DNA of 64,000 bases, taken from positions 1,736,001 to 1,800,000 of the forward strand of contig CATNEN010000030.1 in NCBI GenBank assembly GCA_950097015.1, written 5' to 3'. Shown here piece by piece: positions 1 through 11,800 of the stretch. Position 1 is the first letter of the stretch. The number at the start of each line of letters is the position of its first letter. This stretch comes from Macrostomum hystrix. Lineage: Eukaryota; Animalia; Platyhelminthes. The translations under genes and the position numbers were made by a program. Under the pieces are notes generated by a model. It worked only from the letters and a program-made list of their open reading frames with translations, did no database searches and was not told where the DNA came from.

Positions 1-7
1 GGAGAAA

Positions 8-327
8 GATTTCAAACACCCACTGCCTACTTCACCATAGCTTCCAAACCGAATGACCGATGACCGTGAAAGTCCACCATTTGGATAAAAAATCTTTCGC
101 CTTCTATGAAAGGAAAACTTTGAAAGTCGTCCGACGTCGGCATCGCCGAGATATTCAGCAATTCTTGTCGAAGACCCCGGTGACAAGGACAACTATGCAG
201 ATGTTTTGATTCTGGAGTCGTTTCATCGGATGGAGCGGAAAAGTTTAGCCTGCGTTCTGGATTTTCATGACGGTTGGTTGAATATTTTGGGAGATACAGA
301 ACAAAGATAATGTGGGTGTTTGAAATC
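8..327. mobile_element. Putative foldback/MITE-like repeat (family C); related copies at about 14390-14600 and 17858-17900
   Basis: 16-bp inverted repeat GATTTCAAACACCCAC (8-23) / GTGGGTGTTTGAAATC (312-327). Segment 68-205 aligns to the reverse complement of about 14470-14597. Confidence 0.5.
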
Positions 328-606
328 CCCCCTCTGGTCTTTGTTCTGATAAAAGGGCGTCGAAAAAGATAATCGAAATAGCTCTCGGGCTTGCTCTAGT
401 AGTGTCTAAGACCGTAACAGGGTACAATTATACTTGTCGCGGTTGTTGTTTTTGTTGTCTTTGGACAATTTTTGCTGTTTTTGGACAATTTTTGCTGTCT
501 TTGGCCAGTTTTCGGACTTGGCTCTAAAATAAGTTCTTGCTCTTCTGAAAGTTTAAAGTCAGCGGTGTACTTTTAAGAAGAGATTTTCGTTGAGCACGGC
601 ACTCAC

Positions 607-2850
607 AGCGCAGAACTCGTTGACCGTTGAGAACAGCTGGATGAGCAAGTCGATGGTGTCCCCGTTGATATTAGAGTAGGCAACATTGATAAACTGGGAT
701 ACCTCGGCAACTATGTTGAACGACTTGATATTGTCCGGCTGTTCCCTGAGGTAGTTCTGCAGGCCAAAGTGTTGGCCGTCGCAGATGCTGGCTAGCACCT
801 TCAGCACGAGGGCGATGTAGCCGTCGTCCTTCATGGAGATGGTCTCGTCATCTTCTTGTGCTTTGCCAGCTACATTGTTGTCCTATAGTTGAAGGCGCAT
901 TGTTTGGATCATGGGGGCTCTGACCAGGCATAGGTGACAACTATGACAGAGAAGTTCTCGCCAATCTGCTCGTCTGAATTCCCACATTGATAATGATAGA
1001 TGAAGACCCATTTAAGACAGATTATCCAAAGAAATCAGCTCACAGGCTCAGCACCAGCCTCGGCTCCGGCCGAGTCGTCGTCGAGCAGACTCTGCGCCAT
1101 CGGCTCCTTTCCGAGCCCATTGGCGAATGCCACCTTCTTGGCGCCGCTTCCGCTGCTCTTCCTGCAGCCGCTGCCAGCCGCCTCCTTGCCCGGCGTGTGG
1201 CCTCCAGACTCCTTGTGCCGCTTGGTGAGGAGGGACTGCGACTGCATCTTAGTGAGGCTCACCCGCCTCTGTGGAGAACGCACATTTTCCCATATTTTTT
1301 TTGACTTGGGTCGCATAAAACTAATCTATATCGATAAATTTAAACTCACCGTCAGGTCATTGTTGGCCTGCTCGATTTTCATCTCAATGCGGTACTGCTT
1401 GATTTGCTGAGGGCAAAAAATCAACGGATGATTTTGATAGTCAATCAAGTCAGTTTAAAAACAGACACGACAGCTTAATCGGGTTGCCATCCCACCTGTA
1501 AGGCCTTCACCCCCAGAGTCATTGTGGCGCGCAGATTCTGAGCCTGCGACTTGGCCTCGGACTGGCGCGCCTTCTGCTGCGAGATCAGCAGCCGGCGCTC
1601 TTTTATGTTGGCGGTGGACATTTGCAGGCGATTGCGAACGGCGTAGAAAAACACTTCCTCCTTTGTGTGCAGGAAGTAGTTGAGCATGCTCTCCTGCGGA
1701 TGAGGTTCGTTGGTCAGCTGCTTAGTGCAGAAGCAATTCAACGGACTCCACAGTATTGTTCAGCGTGTCATGACACCTCAGTGTCTGTTCAGTGTGTCAT
1801 GACACCTCAGTGTCTTTTCAGTGTGTCGTGACACCTCAGTGTCTGTTCAGTGTGTCATGACACCTCAGTGTCTGTTCAGTGTGTCATGACACCTCAGTGT
1901 CTGTTCAGTGTGTCATGACACCTCAGTGTCTGTTCAGTGTGTTATGAGACCATAGTACTATAAAAGGACTGAAGCCCAGGTCAGAAAAATGGGCAAACAC
2001 TGTCGTTTGTCCCTTCGAAGGCCCACAACCAATTCCGTAGAGCTGTCTTCATGTGCTCCAATTTGTCTAATTGGTTAATGAGCTCACCTGAACCCGCTCA
2101 TTTGCATTGAACAGCATCATGCCGAGCAGTGACAGCACTTCCTTGGCTACCAGACTGCATGTGGAAGCCAGATGTGGCAGTGCGTGCTTCACCAACTCGA
2201 AGGAGTTTAGCGTCGTCTGAATGTCGGATATGTTGCGTAGGCCTCTAGAAGATAAATGGATATAAAACTTAAATTAAAATAAACTAAATTTTTACAGGCT
2301 AAAAAAGAACCACTATAGCATGTGACATCGGATGACAAAAATAAGACAAAAAGATTTGCCCCGTGTGAGGATCGAACTCACGACCTTCAGATTATGAGAC
2401 TGACGCGCTACCTACTGCGCTAACGAGGCAGCTGACCGCAGTGAGACTTTGAACAGTATTTCTTATTTCCTGCTAAACTACTCCTGTTAATTTTAAATCG
2501 TGCTTTCATGTTCAAGCCGCGCAATTATGCCCATTGCAGCTAAATCAACTCTATTATCTTATCTACGAACGAAGTACTAGTACATTAGTTAGCTATTTTA
2601 ACCAAATCGATATTTTCTCAATGCTACTACTACTACTGACAGTTCTAAAATAAAATTTAACAAACTTTTTAACGCGGAACTCGGTGGTTCGAATCTCCCA
2701 GTCGTCGGGCAGCTTGCGCTCCTCATTATGCATAAATGCACGCAGAATCTGCAGGATGCGAACAGTCAGCCGCTCCTGTTCTCTGCGAAGCTTGGTCTCG
2801 GCGCTGGTCGTCGGCACGTGGGTTGTGCCGCTGCTTGTGGCGCAGATTCT
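607..2850 (-). CDS. ITPR-like: ITPR-like exons of the late coupling / RIH-associated domain
   Basis: DIQTTLNSFELVK..MLFNANERVQ/ESMLNYF, and LKVLASICDGQHFGLQNYLREQPDNIKSFNIVAEV..NEFCA ending at donor GTGAGT (606). Confidence 0.88.
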
Positions 2851-5800
2851 GTCACGGGAACAATAATATTGCAGGTTTTGTTTGCAGGTTTTGCAGGTTT
2901 AGAGAGTGGTTCAGTGGGTTGCTGATATGGTGGTTCAGTGGGTTGCTCAGAGGGTGGTTCAGAGGGTTGCTCAGAGTGTAGTTCAGTGGGTTGCTCAGAG
3001 GGTGGTTCAGTGGGTTGCTCAGATGGTGGTTCAGTGGGTTGCTCAGAGGGTGGTTCAGTGGGTTGCTCAGATGGTGGTTCAGTGGGTTGCTCAGAGTGTA
3101 GTTCAGTGGGTTGCTCAGAGTGTAGTTCAGTGGGTTGCTCAGAGGGTAGTTCAGTGGGTTGCTCAGAGTGTAGTTCAGTGGGTTGCTCAGAGGGTAGTTC
3201 AGAGGGTTGCTCAGAGTGTAGTTCAGTGGGTTGCTCAGAGGGTGGTTCAGTGGGTTGCTCAGAGGGTGGTTCAGTGGGTTGCTCAGATGGTGGTTCAGTG
3301 GGTTGCTCAGAGGGTGGTTCAGTGGGTTGCTCAGATGGTGGTTCAGTGGGTTGCTCAGATGGTGGTTCAGTGGGTTGCTCAGAGGGTGGTTCAGTGGGTT
3401 GCTCAGATGGTGGTTCAGTGGGTTGCTCAGATGGTGGTTCAGTGGGTTGCTCAGATGGTGGTTCAGTGGGTTGCTCAGAGGGTGGTTCAGTGGGTTGCTC
3501 AGAGGGTGGTTCAGTGGGTTGCTTATAGAATGGTTTTGCTTAGAGGGTGGTTCAGCCGATGGTCCATTAAATATAGTTTTCACATCGCTAGCTGTAGGAC
3601 CAACAATTTTGGTCTCACCTGAGTCCATTCACGAGTAGTGCGCCAAGCTTGTAACGCTGCTCAGGCTTCCGGCTGCCCATGCTGATGAGGCAGCGCACGT
3701 GGCTCTGGAATTCCTCGTCCAGAGGCAGGGCCTCGTCACCTCCAATTGTAGTGTACTCTGGGATTGGAGAGTGCTGAGTTTAGGTAGACTTTTACTTATC
3801 AACTAACTTTGGATTTCATGTCCTGAAGAACTGGGGGACTGAAGAAATGGCGGTTATGATATTGAATATTCCAATTGAATATGTTATTAGGCTCTGACCT
3901 CTGTCTGAGTTGACCTTGAGCTGGGCCTTGACCGTGTTGTGGCCACCCCAGAGCAGGCTGAGGTTAACGGCCAGAGTCTTCAGTTTCGTGTTGAGAATGA
4001 TCTCCTGTTCGTAGTACTCTTTGTTACCCTGTGGGGAATAGAAGAAATTTCACATTTCTTGTGCCACCACAGAATTAACACCTGTCAGTCAACCTGATAG
4101 CTGTTTAACGAGCTTACCGATTTCATCTGTGAAACTGTGTCCTGCAGCTTGGTACCCTTGCCGATGTTTTCAACTACTGGCTCCATGATCTGAAAATTGT
4201 ACTCGTTCGTGTAGCATAGATTTTGTAGCTGCTTGAGCAGAAGGAATTTTGAATCACTCTTGGACGAGGGTCTGGCATCGACTCACTGTGAGACTGAGGA
4301 TTTATATAATAAAAATACTAATTGCAGGAGGGCTGGGGGCAATATGGCACATCCTATGTTGACACTAGACCCGCAGCCAGTGAGGAGGCAATTCTACCGA
4401 TTTCGCTGACTCCAGAGCGCACAACGCACTCAGATACTGTACACAGGCACACACTCAAACCGGTGTGTACATCTGCCTTGACTTTCTCAGACAGTGTACA
4501 CTGCCACTGTGCCTTGGCGGTTGGCCCTGAAGGGCGTAAATGGCACGAAAAGTCCCAAGCCTTCTCTCCGCTGGCTTGTGGCCTTGCAGCGGAATCGAGC
4601 TCAGGGACATTGACGTGAGAGGCAAACGCGTTAACCGCTCTGCCACTGACCCTCAGAGCTGTGGGTTGATTTTTGTCTAACTGTTGTATTGGGGCAGCAC
4701 ACACAAGTTCTTTTGGCACAGATTATTTACCGAAGGCGGATGCGAGCTGCGCTTAACAATGCAGCTCAAGCAGCTGACCATCTGAGTGAGCACTTTAGGA
4801 TCCACCACAATGGAGGCCAGCTGGCTGCAGAATTCCACTGCTCCGCTGGTCATTCGGTCGAAGATTTCGCGCTCGTTCTGAAAGTCTTTGTCGTCCTCGA
4901 CTATGTAGAATTTCTGGGCGAAGGCCTGCAGAAAGGGGAACACGGCGTCGAAGACGTAGTGCAGAGAGGAGTGGCCGCGGAAGTCGTCCTCGCGCATCTT
5001 CACCACCGCGCTGTACAAGAGCGAGGAGGCGAGGGCTATCAGGTGGACTGCGGGAGACTTCTCAGGCACCGATAGAAACTACTTTGGACTCACTTTTCTA
5101 GGTTGAGCTTGAGCGGCTTAGACTCGTCCTCTGATACCAGAGACGAGCAGAGTGGACAGGTGTCATGCAGCCGCATTCTAAGCGGGCCGTTGTGGAGAGA
5201 GCAGTTTAAATGGGCTGCTTTGTCAAAATCATGATAAAATGCATTCTAAATTGAGTTTCAGCTCTGCTCACATCTTGGGAAATGGCTTGGCGGACATGAA
5301 GTACACCGTGTCCCTGTCAGCATCGTCCCGAATCCAGTAGGCTAGTCCGAGCAGCTCGCGTCCCAGGTGATCCAGGTAGTCCCAGATTTGCCTGCAGATT
5401 AGCGAAAATCTTGCAAATCAGATGCTTGAGCACAATTCTGACGCAGGTAAACAAGATTGTTTCTAATAAATATATATGCACGAGAGTACAATGACTGCTT
5501 AACTATTGTGAGCATTTGTTGATAAAAGGACACCAAGTGTTAAATACATTCTAATTAATCAAGGTGAGCAAACACAGGAGCGAAAGTTAAAGACGCTGTA
5601 TGAGCACACAGGATAATTTAGTTAAATGCGAATATCTATGATACTTAACTTTAAAGAAACTAAATAGCTCATAAGTGACCAGACAAAGTAGGTAAAGACA
5701 ACAGTTAGCTTGCGAAACTAAAAGGTACCAAGGTGTTTTAGTCAGATGAAAAATAAATGATGGGCACCGTAGGCTCACCATGTAACACTGAAAGGATTGT

Positions 5801-8800
5801 TGTTAAAGTGAAAATAATTTGGCTTTTTTGAGGGGCTGAATAGCGGAAAAGCGACTGGATTAATCAAACTACATACAAGCGATGCGGGGATGCGGGGGAC
5901 AGCGAAAGGTGCAGCATTTGAAGCTCACCTGTCATGGATGATGTCCAGAGATCGATTCTCTCCAGCGGCAGCGGTAGTTTTCATGTAGGCAAAGAACATG
6001 TACCTGAGAAATGGCTTCTTCAGGTGATTCTCAACGTCCGGGTCGTTTAGAATGCCGAGAATCTCCTGTACGCTAAGAATGGTCTGGCACAGGGACTCTA
6101 TGTAACGATTCTCGCCTTCAGCGCAGGTGGCCAGCAGGTCGATGAAGCTGACCAGGTACTGGCAGTGATCGGCACCACTGTTACCGTTCAGTACGTCCAT
6201 TCTGGGGATTGGATGGCGGGCGGTGCCGGGCAGCACTGGCTCAAGCTTGAGAAGACCTGTCAATCTATCTATGCGGGAGCTTGTAGGCCAGCGGTTGGAG
6301 CTTCAGACTTCTGATTGAGAGGTCGGGAGTTCGAATCCCAGCCCAAGGGGGAAATTTTAGTCCTTGAGCAAGACATTGCGCAAAAAATAAAATGGTTGCC
6401 CGCATCAGCTGCGGTAGGGTGGTAGGGTGAACAGGCTCTGTACTCAGCCTCTGGAAATTTAAGAGCTTCGGCTGTGCCCCTGGCTGTAAATCTGCTCCAG
6501 CTGGGCTAGGTGTGATTTCTATCATATTGATGTCTCAATCTGATTGTTCATTTAGCTCGTATATATCTGATTGCTCATATCAATTCAGAAATAGTCGTAG
6601 ATCATACCTGTCCTTTGCGCTGCACTGCTCCAGGATGTAGGCCACGCGGCTGTAATTCTGCATGATGTACTTCATCACCAGGGTCTGGTTGCGCTTCAGT
6701 GCTAGCCCCGTGCCTTCCACCTTGACGATGGCGGAGAGCAACTCCAGAAACTCCGGAGCGCGCTCCTGATGCTCTGCCAGCAGGTAGACAATTCGCAGAA
6801 TTTGCTTCGGCAGAACTCGCAGGCAGAGCTCCTGGTTGTTAGCGAAGACTTCTTTCAGCGCCAGAGCGAGGTCGGACTCGACCAGCCGCACCCGCAGCAG
6901 TTCATCCAGGTGCGCAAACACCTGTTCCTGCACATCCGGGTAGCGCATGGTCAGGGCTTTCAACAGACGGACTGCCTTTCTCAGGACACCAGCTGTCTCA
7001 ACGTAGTTCTCGGACAACTGGGCGTCGGTCTCCGTGGCAAGGATGTCGAAGACCACATGCAAAAGGTCTTCAGAATAGAAATCAAGGCCAATGTTAACTA
7101 AATGCTTATTGAAACTGTACAATACACCTAGTAGGCGAAACGGGCTCTTATGCTGTAGACAGAGTTTCCATTTCACAGTTTTCGGTACCCTAGATCGTGG
7201 CAAATCTGTCCTCAATTTTCGTCTAGCCTTAGCTGTTCTCATTTACCCCAGCCATTCCTTATTGGCTCTCTCTGTGTCTCTATCGCTGCCTCTGCAGATC
7301 TGATTGGCTCACGATTTACGCTTGTATTCCATTCTAGCCTTCTGATTGGTTGATTGTTCACTGCACATTGAATGCACTCACTGTGGCTAACCATCAGGCG
7401 CTGGTTCATGGGGTGCGGCTCCTCCTCAGCCTTGGGCAGGTGGCACAGCTCGTACAGCTCGCTTAGGATCGTCTGCATCTTGCGTGCCTGCTCAGCCGTC
7501 CATTTGCTCCTGGAAGTCATGCGCAGCAGCGGCACCTGCTTACTGACCTCCCGGTGCACACGGCAGGAGTCCGGCGTCATCAGCACCAGCGAGTTGATGG
7601 CCTGCTGGAACATGGAGCTCTTAGACGAGTAGAGCTTGTTTAGCAGCTGAAGCGACAGCTGGACCATGGGATCATACTCATAGTTGGCCAGGTCCTGTCA
7701 AGGAGGATAGTGAGTTGCATTTAAAAAGTGTGAAAATTTAAATATCCATTTAAGTCTTAAGAATATTTGCTTTTAGCCAAGTTTTGCTATGATTATGTGC
7801 AAAAATTAATTAAACCACCAACTTTTGCGTTTTACGAGAAGCTTTTAACTTTTCATCACATTTGACGTCGCGGCGGTTAAATTAGTTTTCAGTTGATGTA
7901 ATGATTATTTGATTTTCAGCTAAATAGAACATTGGGTCGTAAAAAACGTCGAATACCAAACCACACACCATCTAGAGCCTTTGGATATGCAAGGGATGTA
8001 TGCTTTGAAATCCGGCATTGCAAACCTACGATTATCCATGCATGTAATCTTAACAATTGATTACACCTGCCCCCCCAATTGGGCCAGGTGTGAAGCCGAC
8101 AGCATTGACTTCGGAGACGCCACAGCCACCCTCAATTACCAATGAATTAACTATGTTGGCCGACATGGTTACATGAGGAAATTTCTTGAGCAGAAAAATT
8201 ATGTCAAATTAGTGGCTTTTTGCAACCAGACACCCGTCGAGAAATAAATTGTTCCAACGGGGCCGGAAATCGAACCCCTGAACTCCAAGTCGTGAGTCCG
8301 ACACTTTAACCACTAGGCTAAAACGCCTTCCTTAATTGCAAACCTACAATGAGGATGGATGTCAGGCTGTCAACATCCAGGTAGCGAGACGACTCATCGA
8401 ACATAATCCGCAGCTCCTTGCGAATCACATTCTGCTTCTTGCGGGCACTTCTGAAAATTGGAGGAGAGAACAGATTGACTAGTTTCCATTTCATTAGGGA
8501 ATTGGCCTGCGATAATACTCAGGACATCTACAACTAATTCTACTTCAAGGACAGATTTTCAGATGAAATCAACCGGCCTCCCTACTTTTTGGTGTCGAAC
8601 GAATCGAAGGAGCTGTACAGAGCTGGCACCATCGGGTGGCGCACCTGTTTCTTCTTGCACTCGCTCATCTCGCACTCCTTGAACTTGGAGATGAACGACT
8701 GAAGTGAGGGATGCAGTGTGTCAGACGGCGGATAACATCGTGTGCAAACCTAGTAGAAACGTCAAACCATTTTTCCGCCCATTTTAGTAACGAAGGGGAG

Positions 8801-11800
8801 ATTCTCCACCACCCTCCACCAAGTTTTCTGCTTCGCCTCGCCGCTATCGAGTTATTTAGTGAGTTAAGGCGCAGGGGAAAATAGTACGATAAGGGGATCC
8901 CCTTCCCTTGGTACTTGTAGCTCGTACTGTTAATAAATTGCTATGCATGCAAGTCCGCCTATCTCCAATATCTATTGCCAATCGGTACCCTGGAAGTGGT
9001 CAGCTCACAGCCAGTCGCGCATTCTCCTGGAAGGTCATCACCAGGTCCAGGACTCGAAGCGCCGCGTGCTTGGCATTCACGATGGCCAGCGTCTGCGGGC
9101 TCTTCTTGTAGCGATCGTGCTGCTTGAAGCGTTGAACAATCTTCTTGTTGTCCTTAGAGTAGTCGGCTGTGAACATTTATTAAAAAATGTTGCTTACGGT
9201 TATTTTACGACAATAATGTACAGTAGGACGTTGTCAAGAAAAGGAACATATAATAGGTGAAACGATTGAACAGGGTCCCATGTGAAAATCATATTATTGA
9301 CTAAGAGCATGCGAAAGGGTGTAGCGGACCTCTTCCCTGGCTCCTGTCTGGCAGGAACGGCACATCGTTCTCGCCATTCAACAAATTTCTCAGAGGTGGC
9401 AACAGGTTGGCCAAGTCGTGCACGTCGCCATAGTAACCAAATTTCACCAGATAGTGCAACAGGCGCAGCACCTGCTCGATTAGCATGTTGTTGGATATCT
9501 GGGCGGCCACCATCATGCGGTTCTGGTCCAGGAACTGGGTTATCCAGTCGCGAATCACCGGAAACACGGTGATCAGATCCTTGGCAGCCTAGGTTAATGT
9601 CCAGGATTGACGTTCAAAATAAAAACGTTTAGATTACGATTTTTTAAGATTTAAAAAAATATAGTTTGTAGTCCAGCGGTTTCAACCTTCTAGGAATCCT
9701 AGCCAACAGGTCTGGGGTTTGCACCTCAGCCAAGGGAAAACAGGGTGCCGACACGGGAGAAGGACGCCTAATTCATCGGTACTTCTCTTAACGGTCTGTT
9801 AGCGATATACCTTATTAATAGTAGAGCTTATTGAACGAATTCCTCACATGGCGGACTTAAAATTATTATGTGTAAGGGCGCATAAATAGCAGTTCCGAAG
9901 AACTGGCTCGAGTGGCTTTGAATGACTGACGAGGGGCTCCCGCACTTTGACTGCGAGACTTTTAATTCCAAGACTTTTATAATTTTATACTTTTGACACT
10001 TCGAAGATCCTTAAAGTCAGTAAGGTAGTTCGCAAGAGACACAGGCTCACGTATTGATCTGCGGCTGTGGCACTGCCCATCGAGTCCTTGGTTCCAACGT
10101 ACTCGTAGATGAAGGAGAGCTGGGGGCTCTCCACCACCGAGTAATTGTTACCAACGTTGACAAATAGGCCTGAAATTTTAATGCATCTGTCCGAATTAGC
10201 TTTATTTTTCTCTTTAACGATACATTAATCGATAAATATCAATAGGCAATGCCAAATGAGATATAATGAAGAAGCAACCTATGACGATCTCGCAGTACTT
10301 GGCCCGAAAAGCTTGCGGCAAGCTGTCGGATGACAGGCCAAGGTAGGCCTCCTCCCAGGTGAGGTAGGACAGGTCTTTGGTGATCAGTCGAATGCATTCT
10401 TCGTTGCGACCCTGAAGTAGAGAATTTTGGTAGATGAAAGAACGATTCAGGCTATCGAGTCCTGCTGAACCCTGAGAACACACGCACACCGATACGTGAC
10501 GTTGTAACACACTCACTGGGGGTCGACATTCTCTCATTTATAGGCTCCCACTGTTCCTCACTGTTCCCAAATTAATGCGGCATCGACGCAGATCCGAGTT
10601 TAGGGACCTTTTTCCGAGAGTCGTATGCGTTAACCGCTCCGGCAGTCAGCCCCATTAAAAGACTCAAACAAATTTTCGCCAGGCAATTCGGACCTTGGCG
10701 CCACAAATCAGCAAACTAGTTAAACGCCGCTCACATGGCAAAGAGCGATGAACAGGTCCAGCTGAGTCCTCAGGAACAGGCAGCGCTCCACGCTCTCCTG
10801 GTCCGACTCGTCGGGCTGCACAAAGTCAACTAGCGGTGTCCAGGTCTTCATCTGGTCTGTGCTCACGTAGGTTTCATTCGGCTTGCGGTCAATGTTCTGG
10901 CCACGCTCTGTCAGGTAGATGCCTCGCTGCAAGGTAAATAATATTTTTTATGAACGGAAGCCCGAGTCAGGTTGAGCGTCAATTCGGCACGCACTGTATC
11001 CTCCAGAAGCCACTTCTGGGCTATGTAGCTCTGGTTGTCAGTGATGGCGACACCGTTGCACACGCACAGCACTTTGAGTAGCTCCAGGTAGCTGTAGTGC
11101 TGCAATTGATGCCAATGTTTTAAGTGAGTTTTAAATGTTTTATTTTTATAAACAAGCTCATATTCATAAAACTCCAACTTCATTCTTCCGCAAGAGGTCG
11201 ACAAAGGCGTCGATCTGCTCCTTATTGATGCGATCCACTATTTTTCGGTTGTCTTTCATTAGCTCAACCAGCATCTTGGTGACTTTTAACGCGAGGTCCG
11301 ACTGAAATTTAATTTTGGTTTGATCCAAGCATGAGTGCTTTGTAGTTAAAAGACTCATTTAATTACTTCTAGTTCAATGGAAAACTCAATGAGGCCTACC
11401 TTGTCGACCATCTGAGTCTGAAAGAACTCAATGTACTTGGCAAAGTACAGGGCATTCTTGCGACTGTTGCCGAGCATGTAGGTGTGAAGAATGTCATAGG
11501 CATAGTAGAACACCCGACTCAAATTGTGCTCATCTGAGACGCCCTTCAGGGGAAATTTCAGCAGTGTCACCAGAAGGTCGATCACCTGAGAAGCGAGCAT
11601 ACGAGTACAAGGCAAATCATTGTCCGTCTCTTACACTTATTGCGGGGTGAGTGGCAGAGCGGTTAATGTGTTTTCCTTTCGCACCAAGGTCCTGGAGCCG
11701 CGGAGAGAAGGCTTGGGGGTGGTCAAGCAATTTACGTCCTTGAGGGCCAACCACCAAGGCATAGTGACAGTGTATACTGCCTGACGATGAGAAAGTCAGG

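Noticed and set aside
2357-2429. Vertebrate contamination suggested by the tRNA-Met identity
   Set aside because: The tRNA sits inside a coherent invertebrate-type gene, and tRNA-Met is very highly conserved.
2852-3628. SNPLNHPL / QWVAQRVV / GCSEGGSV repeat ORFs
   Set aside because: The array lies inside an ITPR-like intron (donor about 3618, acceptor about 2851), and the flanking exons join in phase without it.
4200-4290. Extra ITPR-like exon or micro-exon
   Set aside because: The neighbouring exons join in phase 0 without it, and including it introduces stops.
8255-8330. tRNA-Val-like gene (also tRNA-like heads at 6275, 11643, 39770 and 59880)
   Set aside because: No proper acceptor stem, and each continues into a shared SINE body; the 8030-8334 copy has a TSD.
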